Below are positions 24,088 to 34,341 of a stretch of 64,000 bases of DNA, piece after piece. This DNA comes from Rhynchopus sp. YZ270_cl-10 (taxonomy: Eukaryota). Location of the stretch: positions 2,604,001-2,668,000 of the forward strand of contig OZ037833.1 of NCBI GenBank assembly GCA_964035575.1, given 5' to 3'. Made by a program: the position numbers and the translations under genes. A model generated the notes under the pieces. The model worked only from the letters and a program-made list of their open reading frames with translations, had not been told where the DNA came from and did no database searches. Positions within the stretch are counted from its first letter, which is position 1. Each line of letters starts with the position of its first letter.

Positions 24088-24867
24088 ATGCCGCTTTTGC
24101 AGAAGGGACTCGTGTTGGCGTCGCTTGTGGCCCTCTCCCATGCCGAGGATCTTCCTCGGGTGACCCTGACGCGTGCACAGGAGGGGCTCATGCAGGCAGC
24201 AGTCTCTGCGTCCCTCCCAATCCACCTGGAGTTCCTGTCCTCAGCAGGCAACCCTGCCTGGCCAGACATCAGCGCACCGACAGTGGTGCCCGGTGCACGT
24301 CTGCAGGACCCACCAGCACACCTGCGCCTGCTCCCAACAACGCTGTCGAACTGGGACCTTGCTGTCGGGACGGAGGTGACGTACTCGTGCCCGAACGAGC
24401 CTTCCCTGATTGATGTGTGCGACGCATGGGTGTTCTTCTACGCATGCCCGCAGAGCTGTGTGCGCACGTACCAGGGCGGCCTCCCAGGACTGCTCGCAGT
24501 GACCCCAGGATGGGAGAGGACGCAGTGCGCACCACGCTTCACAACCGGCGCACCCGGCACCTCGTTCGTGCACCCGATGGGGAGCTTCAGGAAGCAGCTT
24601 GCACCAGGAACATCGACGACGTTCACACTCCCTGCCAACGCAGAGTTTGTTGCCTTTGGTATTGACAAGGACGGTGTGGACTGCACGCAGCACCTCACTG
24701 TTGGTGCATGCCCTGTTGCGGGAGGACGCTGCACGTGGGACGGATCCTCTTGCAAGAACAACAACTGCCAGGGCAGGTACGGCCCACCACCGCCGTGCAC
24801 TGAGTGCCCATGGGAGGGCCTTGTGTCGCGCCCTCCGTCCGACGGTCCCTTCACCGGCTCGCCCTAA
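24088..24867 (+). CDS. Secreted Cys-rich protein of unknown function (paralog 1)
   Basis: Signal peptide MPLLQKGLVLASLVALSHA. Core CPNEPSLIDVCDAWVFFYACPQSC...GWERTQCAPRF...HPMGSFR is shared with the gene at 35938. Confidence 0.85.
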   Translation: MPLLQKGLVLASLVALSHAEDLPRVTLTRAQEGLMQAAVSASLPIHLEFLSSAGNPAWPDISAPTVVPGARLQDPPAHLRLLPTTLSNWDLAVGTEVTYSCPNEPSLIDVCDAWVFFYACPQSCVRTYQGGLPGLLAVTPGWERTQCAPRFTTGAPGTSFVHPMGSFRKQLAPGTSTTFTLPANAEFVAFGIDKDGVDCTQHLTVGACPVAGGRCTWDGSSCKNNNCQGRYGPPPPCTECPWEGLVSRPPSDGPFTGSP

Positions 24868-25990
24868 ACGTCCTCTTGGCAAAGAGGAGCACAGTGCAGC
24901 ACATCGCAAGACGTGCGGTGGGCACCTTGCAACTTATAAACGCACAGCAAACAACACATACCACAAGTTAATACAGCACTTTCCTTTCTCTATGACACGA
25001 CATCCCTATTTACGATCTCTGCCTATGGACACATAGAGTAGAGATCTCTGGGACACACTTTTCTTTCTTTTCGCCCATAGCTGCAGCAACAGCACATTCC
25101 TTTCATCGATATTTTGATGACTTCACAGCTTTCTTTCCCTTTTGCTTGTCTTTTACCGACCGATGTGTTCTCTTCGTAGGTGCGTTTACCGCACATGGTA
25201 GGAAACGAACACAACACGGTTTTGCTGCTTGTGTTTGTTTTTGCTTGGGTATTTATACCTGAGTGTCAAATGACTTGTTGCAAAAGAAAAAACAAAACAT
25301 AGGTCCTTCATTTTCTTCTGAGGTTTCAAACCCTCCATCCCACCCAACCCAAACCCATCTCATCACATATTCCCGATTTCGTGTATCTTACTCTACACTT
25401 TTGTACATACAGCGCTCTTGCAAATTGGTGCATCCCAGCATCCCCCACACTTGTGAAGCTACCAACACCACAGCAAGCGGGTTAATGGACGCGGCGTTCC
25501 TAAATGAATGCATGCGTTGGACGTACTCTCGCAAGATCCGCACCTCTTGTGGTATAGTCTTGAGCACCGCCTCTCCACGCAATGTACAACACTCTTCACG
25601 CGCGGTATAGGTTGCTTGCCCCAAACACCACTTCGAGTCAGGGGGGTGAGCTTTTAAACCACGCCAGAGCAAAATGGACAGCATGTAACCAGCACCCTAG
25701 CATTGACCATGTGAGCTTGGGTGCCTTGGTGCGGTCCGACATTGGATTATACATCAACGATTAGAAGTCTGCTTCTGAGTAGTCGCGTTCATATGAACGG
25801 TTCACTTTCTTATTCTGCAGTGCTCGTGTTTCTCGCAGGCTTCTGGTTGCCTGACGAGTGTCAAAAGCCTCGCTAGATTCTAAAAGGACCGATCATTAAT
25901 TTACTTTGTCTAATGAAGTGGTTCCTTCCACGGTCATTTTTGCCTTTAAATACCTCAACCTATCCCCAATTCAGACTATTTTTTGTAACA

Positions 25991-27373
25991 ATGATTGACG
26001 CGCTGAACTCATTTGAGCAGGGACCTTCGCGGTCGTTTTTTGGTTTCACACCTCTCAAGACTGCTGTACTTGATAAGGACAACGAGGTCACCGATGATGT
26101 ACCGGCACCATACATTTCGAAGTGCGGGCATGCAATCGCGATTTTGAGTTACTGCCTTTTGGTGTCGTCGTACCTGACGTACAGCGTTGTGAAGTACGTC
26201 TACCGCCCGGAGGTGGAAACCTTCTCGCAGCAACCCTCCAGCAAATTCCCACCCCCCGTCATCCGCCTCAGCATCCAATGCTTTGACAACCCGAACTGCG
26301 GGGAAACCATTCTGGTCACACAAAACTACTCCACCTCACCAAACTGCAACGTTCTCCCCAGAGACTCATCCTCAAACGAAGTCAATCGAACGCTTGCCGA
26401 GCCCATGGACCTCACGCTGTGCTACGTCGACGAAGGCGACTCTGTGTCCACCAGTACAGGCGAGCTCATTACCACCCCAGGATTATCCATAGACTTCGAA
26501 GGCATCGTGCCTGGCTCATGGAACACCACCGGTGCGCATGCTGCAGTGGTGGTGGAGGTAGGCAGCATGCGTAAGGTGGTCGGCATCGACGCCTGGCAGG
26601 TCAAATCCTTCTACGTCGGCATGAGTGTCACCAAGGACGGCAGCGACCTCGAACAGAGCTATTATTCACAGAATTTGCAGTACGACGGAAAGCGTCCGAC
26701 CTGGCGTGCAACCTATGTCATCCGCCTGGCGCAGCTTGCAAGCGTCTACGAGGTGACCCGCCCAGGACATTGGCTTGACGTCATCGCGCAGGTTGGTGGG
26801 GCTGCAACAATCATTGCCGCGATTTTGGTTCTTTCCGAGCCGTTTTGGGCAAAATTCTTTCCTGGAAAGGAAACCCGCCTTTTGAAAGGGAGGATGGCAG
26901 GGAAACGCGAGGTCCACTGCAAAGACCACAAGAAGGAGGCCGAGGATGTGGAGCGCAAGCTCTTCAACAGTAGCAGTGTCAACAGCGCCTCCGAACCTCC
27001 ATCCGAAGCGCCCAAATCGGTGGGACAAACCGAGCTGCTGGCGTCCTCCAGACACCAGGAGGAGCTGCGCCCCCTCCCAACAGGGAGGGTCACAGCGAAC
27101 CCGCTTCCACCTATCAACCCAGTCTCAGGAGCCAGCCGAGACGGAGGGGGTGGTGGTGTGCCCCCAGCCGGCCCCGCGTTCTCAAGCATACCTGACTCCA
27201 CCTTTGCCGTTCCAACGCCCTTCAACGTAAATGATTCTGTCCAAGCCATGTTCGAAAACACCTGGCACCCTGCAACCGTCGTCACCGTCAAAGAAGGAGG
27301 CATCCTGGACCTTCGTTGGTATGACGGCACCTTTACAAAAGACATGCCTGTCTCAATGGTGAAAAGGGCGTAA
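25991..27373 (+). CDS. Two-TM membrane protein with large Cys-containing loop and C-terminal Tudor/Agenet-like segment
   Basis: TM1 AIAILSYCLLVSSYLTYSVV; TM2 WLDVIAQVGGAATIIAAILVL; C-terminus FNVNDSVQAMFENTWHPATVVTV...LRWYDG. Confidence 0.75.
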   Translation: MIDALNSFEQGPSRSFFGFTPLKTAVLDKDNEVTDDVPAPYISKCGHAIAILSYCLLVSSYLTYSVVKYVYRPEVETFSQQPSSKFPPPVIRLSIQCFDNPNCGETILVTQNYSTSPNCNVLPRDSSSNEVNRTLAEPMDLTLCYVDEGDSVSTSTGELITTPGLSIDFEGIVPGSWNTTGAHAAVVVEVGSMRKVVGIDAWQVKSFYVGMSVTKDGSDLEQSYYSQNLQYDGKRPTWRATYVIRLAQLASVYEVTRPGHWLDVIAQVGGAATIIAAILVLSEPFWAKFFPGKETRLLKGRMAGKREVHCKDHKKEAEDVERKLFNSSSVNSASEPPSEAPKSVGQTELLASSRHQEELRPLPTGRVTANPLPPINPVSGASRDGGGGGVPPAGPAFSSIPDSTFAVPTPFNVNDSVQAMFENTWHPATVVTVKEGGILDLRWYDGTFTKDMPVSMVKRA

Positions 27374-28918
27374 TGTAGTGTCACATAACGTACCTCATTC
27401 AATACCAAGACGATGTGTATATGAATGCAGAGGAGAGGGTAGTTGGCGAGGGAGGGGGTGTATGGCCTATAATGTAGGGGGAAACATGAAATGATGTGTT
27501 TGAGATACATAAAAAGCCAGCAATGGGTGTTCTGTGCAAACGAAGTGGGGGAGGGGAGGGGGGCGGTAGTAACAACATTGTTTTTTGTTTTCTTTTTTTT
27601 TTTTTTTTGCGAGATGCTTTTTTTTTTTGAAACAGTTGTGGTCTGCTCCGTTTTATGTTTTTTTTTTTTTTTGTGGAGAGACGTATTTCATTTTATTGTT
27701 TTATGACTGATGCGAGGCTAAGGTTCGTTTTATCTTTACTACTGTTCCCTTTTCTTTGTATCGGTTGTCGTTGGGTTGCGACCCTTTTGAGAAGCAGTGC
27801 CTGCGTCCGGTGTCTGGTGAGGCGTTTGCACTTTTCTTCAACTTCTCTTTTCTTTTCTTTTTTTCCTGTTGTGGTGTGACCAGGAAGTATTCTCTGATGT
27901 TAAAAAAGGCAACTGCCACACCCCTGTTCTCCCTTCGTCCCATTCCCCCATCTCTTTTGTAGCCGCTGTTTTGTATGAACGTATTTTGTGCGTTTTCTTG
28001 TGACCTTCAAAGTAAAAGAGGTGTGCATGCCTGCCCATTCGTCTTACCCCCCCCTTTATTATGTGTGTTAAACGTTTTTATCCGATAAAAGCATTTATCT
28101 CTCCCCTTTCCCGTAGTCTTGTAGTATTTTAGGTTAAAAAAAAATTCCACAGAAAAGCAACCAACACCTGCAGGCATTCCCTTTGTTAATGTAGTGCAAA
28201 ATGGGATGTATATCCCCGAACAATAGGTGAGTTGTTACACACTCATTATCGGATGCTGACTTCCATGGCCACCGTCCTGCTGTCTAGATGAACCTACACC
28301 CTTTGTGGGATCTGATTGTGCACCCTTCTCTACGACGAAGGTAAGACAGCAAAATTGCACACCCAGCGGTGTTCGATAGTGGTAAAAAGATGTGTGGATA
28401 TGAGAGGCACATTTGACAAATTTTATTATTTTTTCTCGCTCCAAAAATTGAAGACCCGTGTCTATCCTAAACAACGTTTGTACGCCTTTCAGCTTGAAAG
28501 TGTTGCAGGGGGGTACATCCATTTCATATTCTTTCCAGTGCCGGCGTCCCAGAGGCGTTTGTGCACAATGTTAATTTCACATTGGTCTGCGTGCTTCTGC
28601 GCTCCTTTAAAGTTTTCTTTCAAGTTTTCTTTTCTTTTTTTTCTACCGAATGTCCGAGCGTGTGAGAGGCTGTTTTCCACCATCTTCCTTGCAAAGGAAA
28701 ATACCCCCTTATCGGGTTCTGGTGTTTGACAGTCAACACAGGTTCGTACATTCAAGTTCACATTTCACAATGGTCCGCTAGTTGATATCACTGTTCTTCT
28801 AATAGTGGTTTCAAGGTGGATCATAAATAACATTCGTAGTGTCTTCGAGAGTGTAGACTGTCTGAATGGCAGCTACACTAAACCAAACAAAGATTGTCAA
28901 AGAAGAAAAAAAAATATA

Positions 28919-29971
28919 TATGGCAGCGTCCGCGAAAGACCCCCCCCTAAAGCTAACATCCATGCTTATTGGTATTTCACTAATTAAAATTTTGGTATTT
29001 TATAAGATTTTTTTTTACAATGAACTCAGAGTTAAGTTTCTGAGTTCATTAAAAAAAAAATCGGTGAAAAATTCCGAGTAGGTATTAATTTAGATAGGAA
29101 AAGCTATGTCAACAGCTATGTGTCCCCTTATTTTACCTGTAAATACTAAGGATATACAAGGAAATCCTCACAAACACCCATATAACCACCCATAGAACAA
29201 CACAACAGGGGGAAATGTAATCACCAGCCAAAGCATTCGCTCAGGAGCTGAAAACCCGGCCTTTCCGAGGCCTAAAAAACTTCGCCGAGCTGCAGGTGTA
29301 TGCAGGGGTCCACTGGCAGGGGGGCAAAGGGTGGGGCGCGAGGAGCTGGATGCGCGAGGTGTGTAGCTCGAAGCATATGTCCCTCCATATGCAGAAGACA
29401 ACCACCAGGAGAAAAGGGGTGTCCGCCGTTTACTACTCCTGTAGTTGCATCAGCGACACCCTCAGGACAGTGACAGCGAGACGGAGGAGGAAGAGGAGGA
29501 ACAGGCGGACAATTGTCTGCAACTCTTGGAGAGACTCATCACGGAGGTCAATAGGGTCACTCAAAAAAGGGGGTTTTCTGCGAGAAAGTCGACATCGCCG
29601 CAGACGACCCGGAGCGTGAAGCTCTTTCGCGCTCTATTTAGAGTGTTCGGAGGGGGCGACAAGCCTCCACCCCCCCTTTCCTCCCCCCCTTTTTGATAAT
29701 GGGTTTAGAGACAGATATTAGTGAATTCCTTCCTATATCCTTAGTATTTACAGGTAAAATATGGGGACACATAGCTGCTGACATAGCTTTTCCTATCTAA
29801 ATTAATACCTACTCGGAATTTTTTACCGATTTTTTTTTAAATGAACTCAGAAACTTAACTCTGAGTTCATTGTAAAAAAAAATCTTATAAAATACCAAAA
29901 TTTTAATTAGTGAAATACCAATAAGCATGGATGTTAGCTTTAGGGGGGGGTCTTTCGCGGACGCTCCCATA
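28919..29971. mobile_element. Non-autonomous DNA transposon with ~240-bp TIRs and TA TSD (Tc1/mariner-like target)
   Basis: 28919-~29160 is the near-perfect inverse of ~29730-29971. TA at 28917-18 and 29972-73. GC-rich interior includes an acidic ORF fragment. Confidence 0.88.
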
Positions 29972-30282
29972 TACAAAAGCCTCGCAGGCAGTAGGGAATC
30001 CTCGAAGGAGGGTTTTTGTGCTGATCCTGAGGGAGTGGGGGTATTTTTTTTTTTTCCTTCCGGTCCAGAGTTTATTTTTCGATCCGGTTTTTCAGGCCTC
30101 AAGGGGGGTCGAAAATTTGTCAGCCGAGCCCGGGCGCGCTGCGCGCGCCCGGGTCCCCACCTTAGCTCAAGTTGGGGGCCTCCGGCGGAATGTGAGAATT
30201 CCGTGGTTGTCCAACTGCGGAGTTCGGCACTTCACTGATATTTACACCAGGCAGACGGGGCACACGAATTATCAGTAACCTC

Positions 30283-30769
30283 TGGTGCTTCCCGGGGGGT
30301 GTGCATTTCACAAATTTTCACAAAATGTGACAAGTTTTCACAAATTTTCACAACACGAAAACCGCTACAAAATTGTGAAGGCTGGTGAAAAGTGGTGAAA
30401 AATTGTGAAAAAATGTGAAAAGTTGTGAATAGTTGTGAAAAGTTGTGAATTGATTTTTTTTTGTGTGTGCTTTTTTTTTGGGCGGGGTGGTGACCCACCC
30501 ATTGAGGGGTACGCTGGGATTCACAAGATAGAACGTGATGTGGTGTACCTGTGTACCTGTGTACTGTGTGATGTGCGGAAATGACGAGAACTTGTCCATT
30601 TCGGCAAATTGACCCCACCACTGGCCGTACGGATTCCGGAAATGCAAATGCCGGCGTTTAAGAGCTTCACCAACGAGAGAAAAAAGGGTAGTGAAAAGTT
30701 GTGAATAGTTGTGAAAAGTTGTGAATTGAATTGAAAATTTGTGAAATGCATACCCCCCGGGAAGCACCA
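30283..30769. mobile_element. Foldback-type element: TG..CA TIRs, TCACAA/TTGTGA arms, 5-bp TSD ACCTC, inserted into repeat R
   Basis: TGGTGCTTCCCGGGGGGT.TGCATTTCACAAATTTTCA at 30283 and its inverse ending at 30769. ACCTC at 30278-82 and 30770-74. The uninterrupted site TATCAGTAACCTCAGTACAT occurs at 56255-56274. Confidence 0.92.
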
Positions 30770-31010
30770 ACCTCAGTACATTTACAAAAGAAACGGCGGT
30801 CATGGCACCCATAGGTTCCTGGCGAAGCCACGGTACGCAACATTTCAAAAATTTGCGCTTAAAATTACACATTTTAACCGCCAAACTATGTCATGGGAAG
30901 GGTGGGTTGCAAGCTTGCGCCGCAGGCGCACGGTACGCTACTTTTTGTCTTTCGCCATGCTGCTTGCTTCCTTTTCCTTCGGCGCTTGACTAATTGAGTC
31001 GCGTTCTGGC
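30770..31010 (+). repeat. Dispersed repeat R (core GCGCCGCAGGCGCACGGTACGCTACTTTT)
   Basis: Aligns over ~240 nt with 56263-56502. Core also at 2122, 42140 and, inverted, at 61557-61650. Confidence 0.85.
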
Positions 31011-31391
31011 TGCACTTTGTTCACGAGGCACGAGGCTGAATATGGCCCCATGGCGAGTGTGGGTGCATGCCGGGCCACCCCCCCTGTAAATTTTTCGGCC
31101 CCCGGATTTTTTTTTTCTCCACCCCCCCTGGACACGTCTGAAAAACCCCCCAAGGGGGGTCGAACCCCCCCCCACCCCCCCACAAAAAAATCTCTGTTCC
31201 GGTCAATATTTTCGATCAAAAGAGTATCTGGAATAAGTTAATTGCTCAGAATGAATCCTCTGTTTGGGGGAAAATAAGTTGTAGTTAGTGCCCGCTTACT
31301 TCTCCCTAGCCAAAAATGTTTTGACATTTTTCAAAAAAAAGAGATTTCTTTGGGTTGAGGATGATCTGCATCTATACCTTTGAAATTCATT

Positions 31392-31453
31392 TAGCCTTCG
31401 GGCGACTTTGTGTGCAGAACCCCATCCACGGATAGGTGATTGTCGAAAACTAC
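31392..31453 (+). other. Hairpin family D, representative copy (cUUCGg hairpin + internal-loop stem)
   Basis: GCC(TTCG)GGC-GAC...GCAGAACC-CCATCC..GGATAGGT-GATT-GTCG. Copies at 52421 and 55795. Confidence 0.6.
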
Positions 31454-31927
31454 AAAAAAACAAAGGAGTTGAACAAAATGTGACTTTTCAAAGATAGTCT
31501 TTGGTATTCAGTCGACGGCTTTGTATTCCAAAGTCACATTTATTTTGTTGTGGTGTCTGCGTCCCAGAGACGTAGCACCGCCATCACCCCCACTTTTTTT
31601 CTTAGGTGACTAAGCACAGAGAGGATTAGGTTCGTCTTCTATATATTTTTCTTTTTAGTGCGTCATTATTTTTAGTGTGCTCTGAAATATTTTTTCACAC
31701 CCTTTTTTTGAGATAAAAAAAATGAAAACCAACACACGATGGCTTGGCCTTTCTGTTCATTCCTTGCCACCAAAACAAAAAAAAATACACCAAACACACC
31801 ACAGTTCTTAACGAAAACAAAACGCGCCAATTCTCCAATCCCCCCAATATATTTTTCAATCTTAAATACGTCTAAACAACACCCTCCACCTTTCCTCCAC
31901 CTTCCATCTTCCCTTAGGCACAATGCA

Positions 31928-32869
31928 ATGTTCTCCGCGATCTCACTTGATAAAGATGCGGAATGGAATGAGGAGGGAAAGTGCTTTTTGGTGCCAGCAA
32001 ACCTGGTGACAAACCCGCTGACAGGGGAGCAGAAGCTGACGAAGTCGGTTGTGTGTGAGAGGTGCCATCCCTTTCAGTTTAGGTTGCATAGTCACACTCG
32101 GCAACACACCCCTGCAGCACCACCACCACCATCACCACCACCAACACCCCACACACCATCACCACCCACAAGACTCAATGTGGTCCGCCGTCTCATGGTC
32201 CCCGCAGCCCAGCCTTCACCCTCCCCACGCAAGCTTGTCGCCTCACCCTCATCCCTCTTCAAACCCGCCTCTATGTCCATCCCCTACCTCCTACACGCCA
32301 GCGACCACATCAAAGAAGTCACCCTCAACAACGCAACCCGCATCGGACTCTTACGCGATTTGCGGCACTTCTCACAGGACCCAAAAAAGGAGAAAATAGG
32401 TGTAGAAGAGTTTATAGAATATTGCAAAGTAATATGTGGGTTAGGGGAAGAATCGCGACGTACCTGGAAGGTGATGACCAGCAGGGGGAAGGATAAGGAA
32501 GAGATGCCGGTTACCACTATTGCGCATCTTATCACAGAGATTGGGCATCAGTTGGAGAGTAGTTTGAGGGAGCGGTTTGTGAGCAGCTGCTTCACTCAGA
32601 TGGACCCTACGGGGTGTGGATACCTCAGCCGCGTAGACGTCATTTCAGGCGCACCCCCATACCTCCGCACAAAGCAGCTAAACGCCCTCCGTCAACTCTT
32701 CTTCGACAACCCCACCGTACACGAGCTTTCCTACGCCGGTTTCTGCACCTGGCTCGGAACAGACACAGAGCTCTTCGCGTCATTCGTAGGCGTTCTTTAC
32801 GGTATCATGAAACGGCAAGGCAATGTCATGATAGGGCTTTCCTGGATGCGATTCAAAAAGGCGCTCTAA
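31928..32869 (+). CDS. Hypothetical protein with Pro-rich segment and degenerate EF-hand-like motif
   Basis: ATG at 31928 in a long ORF. FTQMDPTGCGYLSRVDV resembles an EF-hand loop; ELSYAGFCTWL resembles a second degenerate hand. Confidence 0.65.
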   Translation: MFSAISLDKDAEWNEEGKCFLVPANLVTNPLTGEQKLTKSVVCERCHPFQFRLHSHTRQHTPAAPPPPSPPPTPHTPSPPTRLNVVRRLMVPAAQPSPSPRKLVASPSSLFKPASMSIPYLLHASDHIKEVTLNNATRIGLLRDLRHFSQDPKKEKIGVEEFIEYCKVICGLGEESRRTWKVMTSRGKDKEEMPVTTIAHLITEIGHQLESSLRERFVSSCFTQMDPTGCGYLSRVDVISGAPPYLRTKQLNALRQLFFDNPTVHELSYAGFCTWLGTDTELFASFVGVLYGIMKRQGNVMIGLSWMRFKKAL

Positions 32870-33104
32870 AAATCCCCTTTTTACAAAGGGGTGAGAGGAA
32901 AAAGCGTCTAAATGATTTGGGGGAAAAGTGGGGTTGCATGGGGGACACAGAATAAATTATCATGAATTCTACCTCAAAAAAAAGGTCTAGCTGAGAGGTT
33001 TCCACGGTCTTAGAAGAAAGTGGAGATTGCACAACTGTGGTAACAACAGAGGCAATACACTGCTCCAACAATTTGTCAAAAAATAACAAAACAATTTGAA
33101 AGAA

Positions 33105-33306
33105 TGGTGTGGCTGAAAGGGGGGGCGGAAAAAGTGCGGAAAAAGTGCGAATCAGCCCCCAAAAAAATTTTCCCCGCCTTGTAAAAGTTGAACACTGAGT
33201 ACTGTGTACGTGGTACACAGGTACACAGACACAGTCAGCAAGCCAACATGGTAAATGTGCGGAAAAAGTGCGGAAATGTGCGAATTACCCCCCTTCAGCC
33301 ACACCA
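33105..33306. mobile_element. Small TIR element with TGGTG...CACCA ends
   Basis: TGGTGTGGCTGAAAGGGGG at 33105 and CCCCCTTCAGCCACACCA ending at 33306. Internal GCGGAAAAAGT repeats and GTACTGTGTAC. TSD unclear. Confidence 0.6.
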
Positions 33307-33468
33307 AGTATCCCCTATTTTCTTTTTGTACCATTGCCAACCACCGAGCTCTCTCAATACAAACACACACAGGATTATTCTCACACACAAGACAACTAAC
33401 GAAAGCAGACACATATCGTATACTTACAGAAGAGCTTCGTGCCTCCGTTCTTGCCAGCCTTGTACGCA

Positions 33469-34341
33469 ATGGTGACCAGGATGCTGCTGTTGGCATGTGT
33501 TGCTGTGTCGGTGTCCGGACACGGGTACGTGGAGTCGCCGCCGTCGCGCGGGTTTGGCTGCAGGACTGGACTGAACTCGGGGTGTGGGTCTGTGCAGTTT
33601 GAGCCGCAGAGCGTGGAGGGTCCTGACGGGTGGCCTTCGGGGGGCCCTGCGGACGGGACACTGGCGGCTGCGGGACGTGCAAACTTTGGGGAGCTGAACG
33701 CACAGACGCCGACACGTTGGGGGAAGACTGCGATTGCGAGCGGTGTGCACGTGTTCACGTGGCAGTTCCGTGCAGCACACGTGACGCGCGACTTCAGGTA
33801 CTACATCACACGTGTGGGGTGGGACCAGAACGCGCCGCTTGGGACGGCGTCGTTTGACACAACGCCGTTCTGTGTGGTGGACGGGCAGATGGTGATGCCT
33901 GCAAACCCTTCGAGCCACAGCTGCACGGTGCCCACACGCTCGGGGTACCACGTTGTGCTTGCTGTGTGGGACGTGGGTGACACCCCTGCAAGTTTCTACA
34001 ACGCGATTGACGTGACGATTGGTGGTGCGGGCACGGCTCCGCCTGTGCCTGTGCCCACACCACCCACACCACCCACACCAACTGCACCTGTACCCACGCC
34101 ACCCACACCGCCGACGCCAACTGCACCTGTGCCTGTGCCCACACCACCGACGCCGCCAGTGCCCGTCCCGTCGTCGGGTGGATGCACGGCAGGTGTTGCG
34201 GAGGTGGCTGTGTGGGGCAACTGCAAGGCTGCACCACACTGCTGTGCGTCGGGGTCGACGTGCTACGAGCAGAACCAGTGGTACGCACAGTGCAGGCCGT
34301 CGTGCTCCACGGCAGATGGGTGGACGTGCCGTGTGCTATAG
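33469..34341 (+). CDS. Lytic polysaccharide monooxygenase AA10 (CBP21/GbpA-type) + Pro/Thr linker + CBM1-like module
   Basis: Signal peptide ending VSVSG, then mature N-terminal HGYVESPPSR (His-brace His1). EPQSVEGP, GPADG, W..RAAHVT, GYHVVLAVWDVGDT, FYNAIDV. C-terminal WGNC.....CCASGSTCYEQNQWYAQC. Confidence 0.93.
   Translation: MVTRMLLLACVAVSVSGHGYVESPPSRGFGCRTGLNSGCGSVQFEPQSVEGPDGWPSGGPADGTLAAAGRANFGELNAQTPTRWGKTAIASGVHVFTWQFRAAHVTRDFRYYITRVGWDQNAPLGTASFDTTPFCVVDGQMVMPANPSSHSCTVPTRSGYHVVLAVWDVGDTPASFYNAIDVTIGGAGTAPPVPVPTPPTPPTPTAPVPTPPTPPTPTAPVPVPTPPTPPVPVPSSGGCTAGVAEVAVWGNCKAAPHCCASGSTCYEQNQWYAQCRPSCSTADGWTCRVL

Noticed and set aside
30151..30232. TAGCTCAAGTTGG looks like a tRNA A box
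   Set aside because: No cloverleaf or proper T-arm can be built; it is the loop of a GC-rich hairpin.
31616..31629. ACAGAGAGGATTAG resembles U6 snRNA ACAGAGAAGAUUAG
   Set aside because: No AGC triad/ISL or other U6 sequence follows; it is a family A variant.
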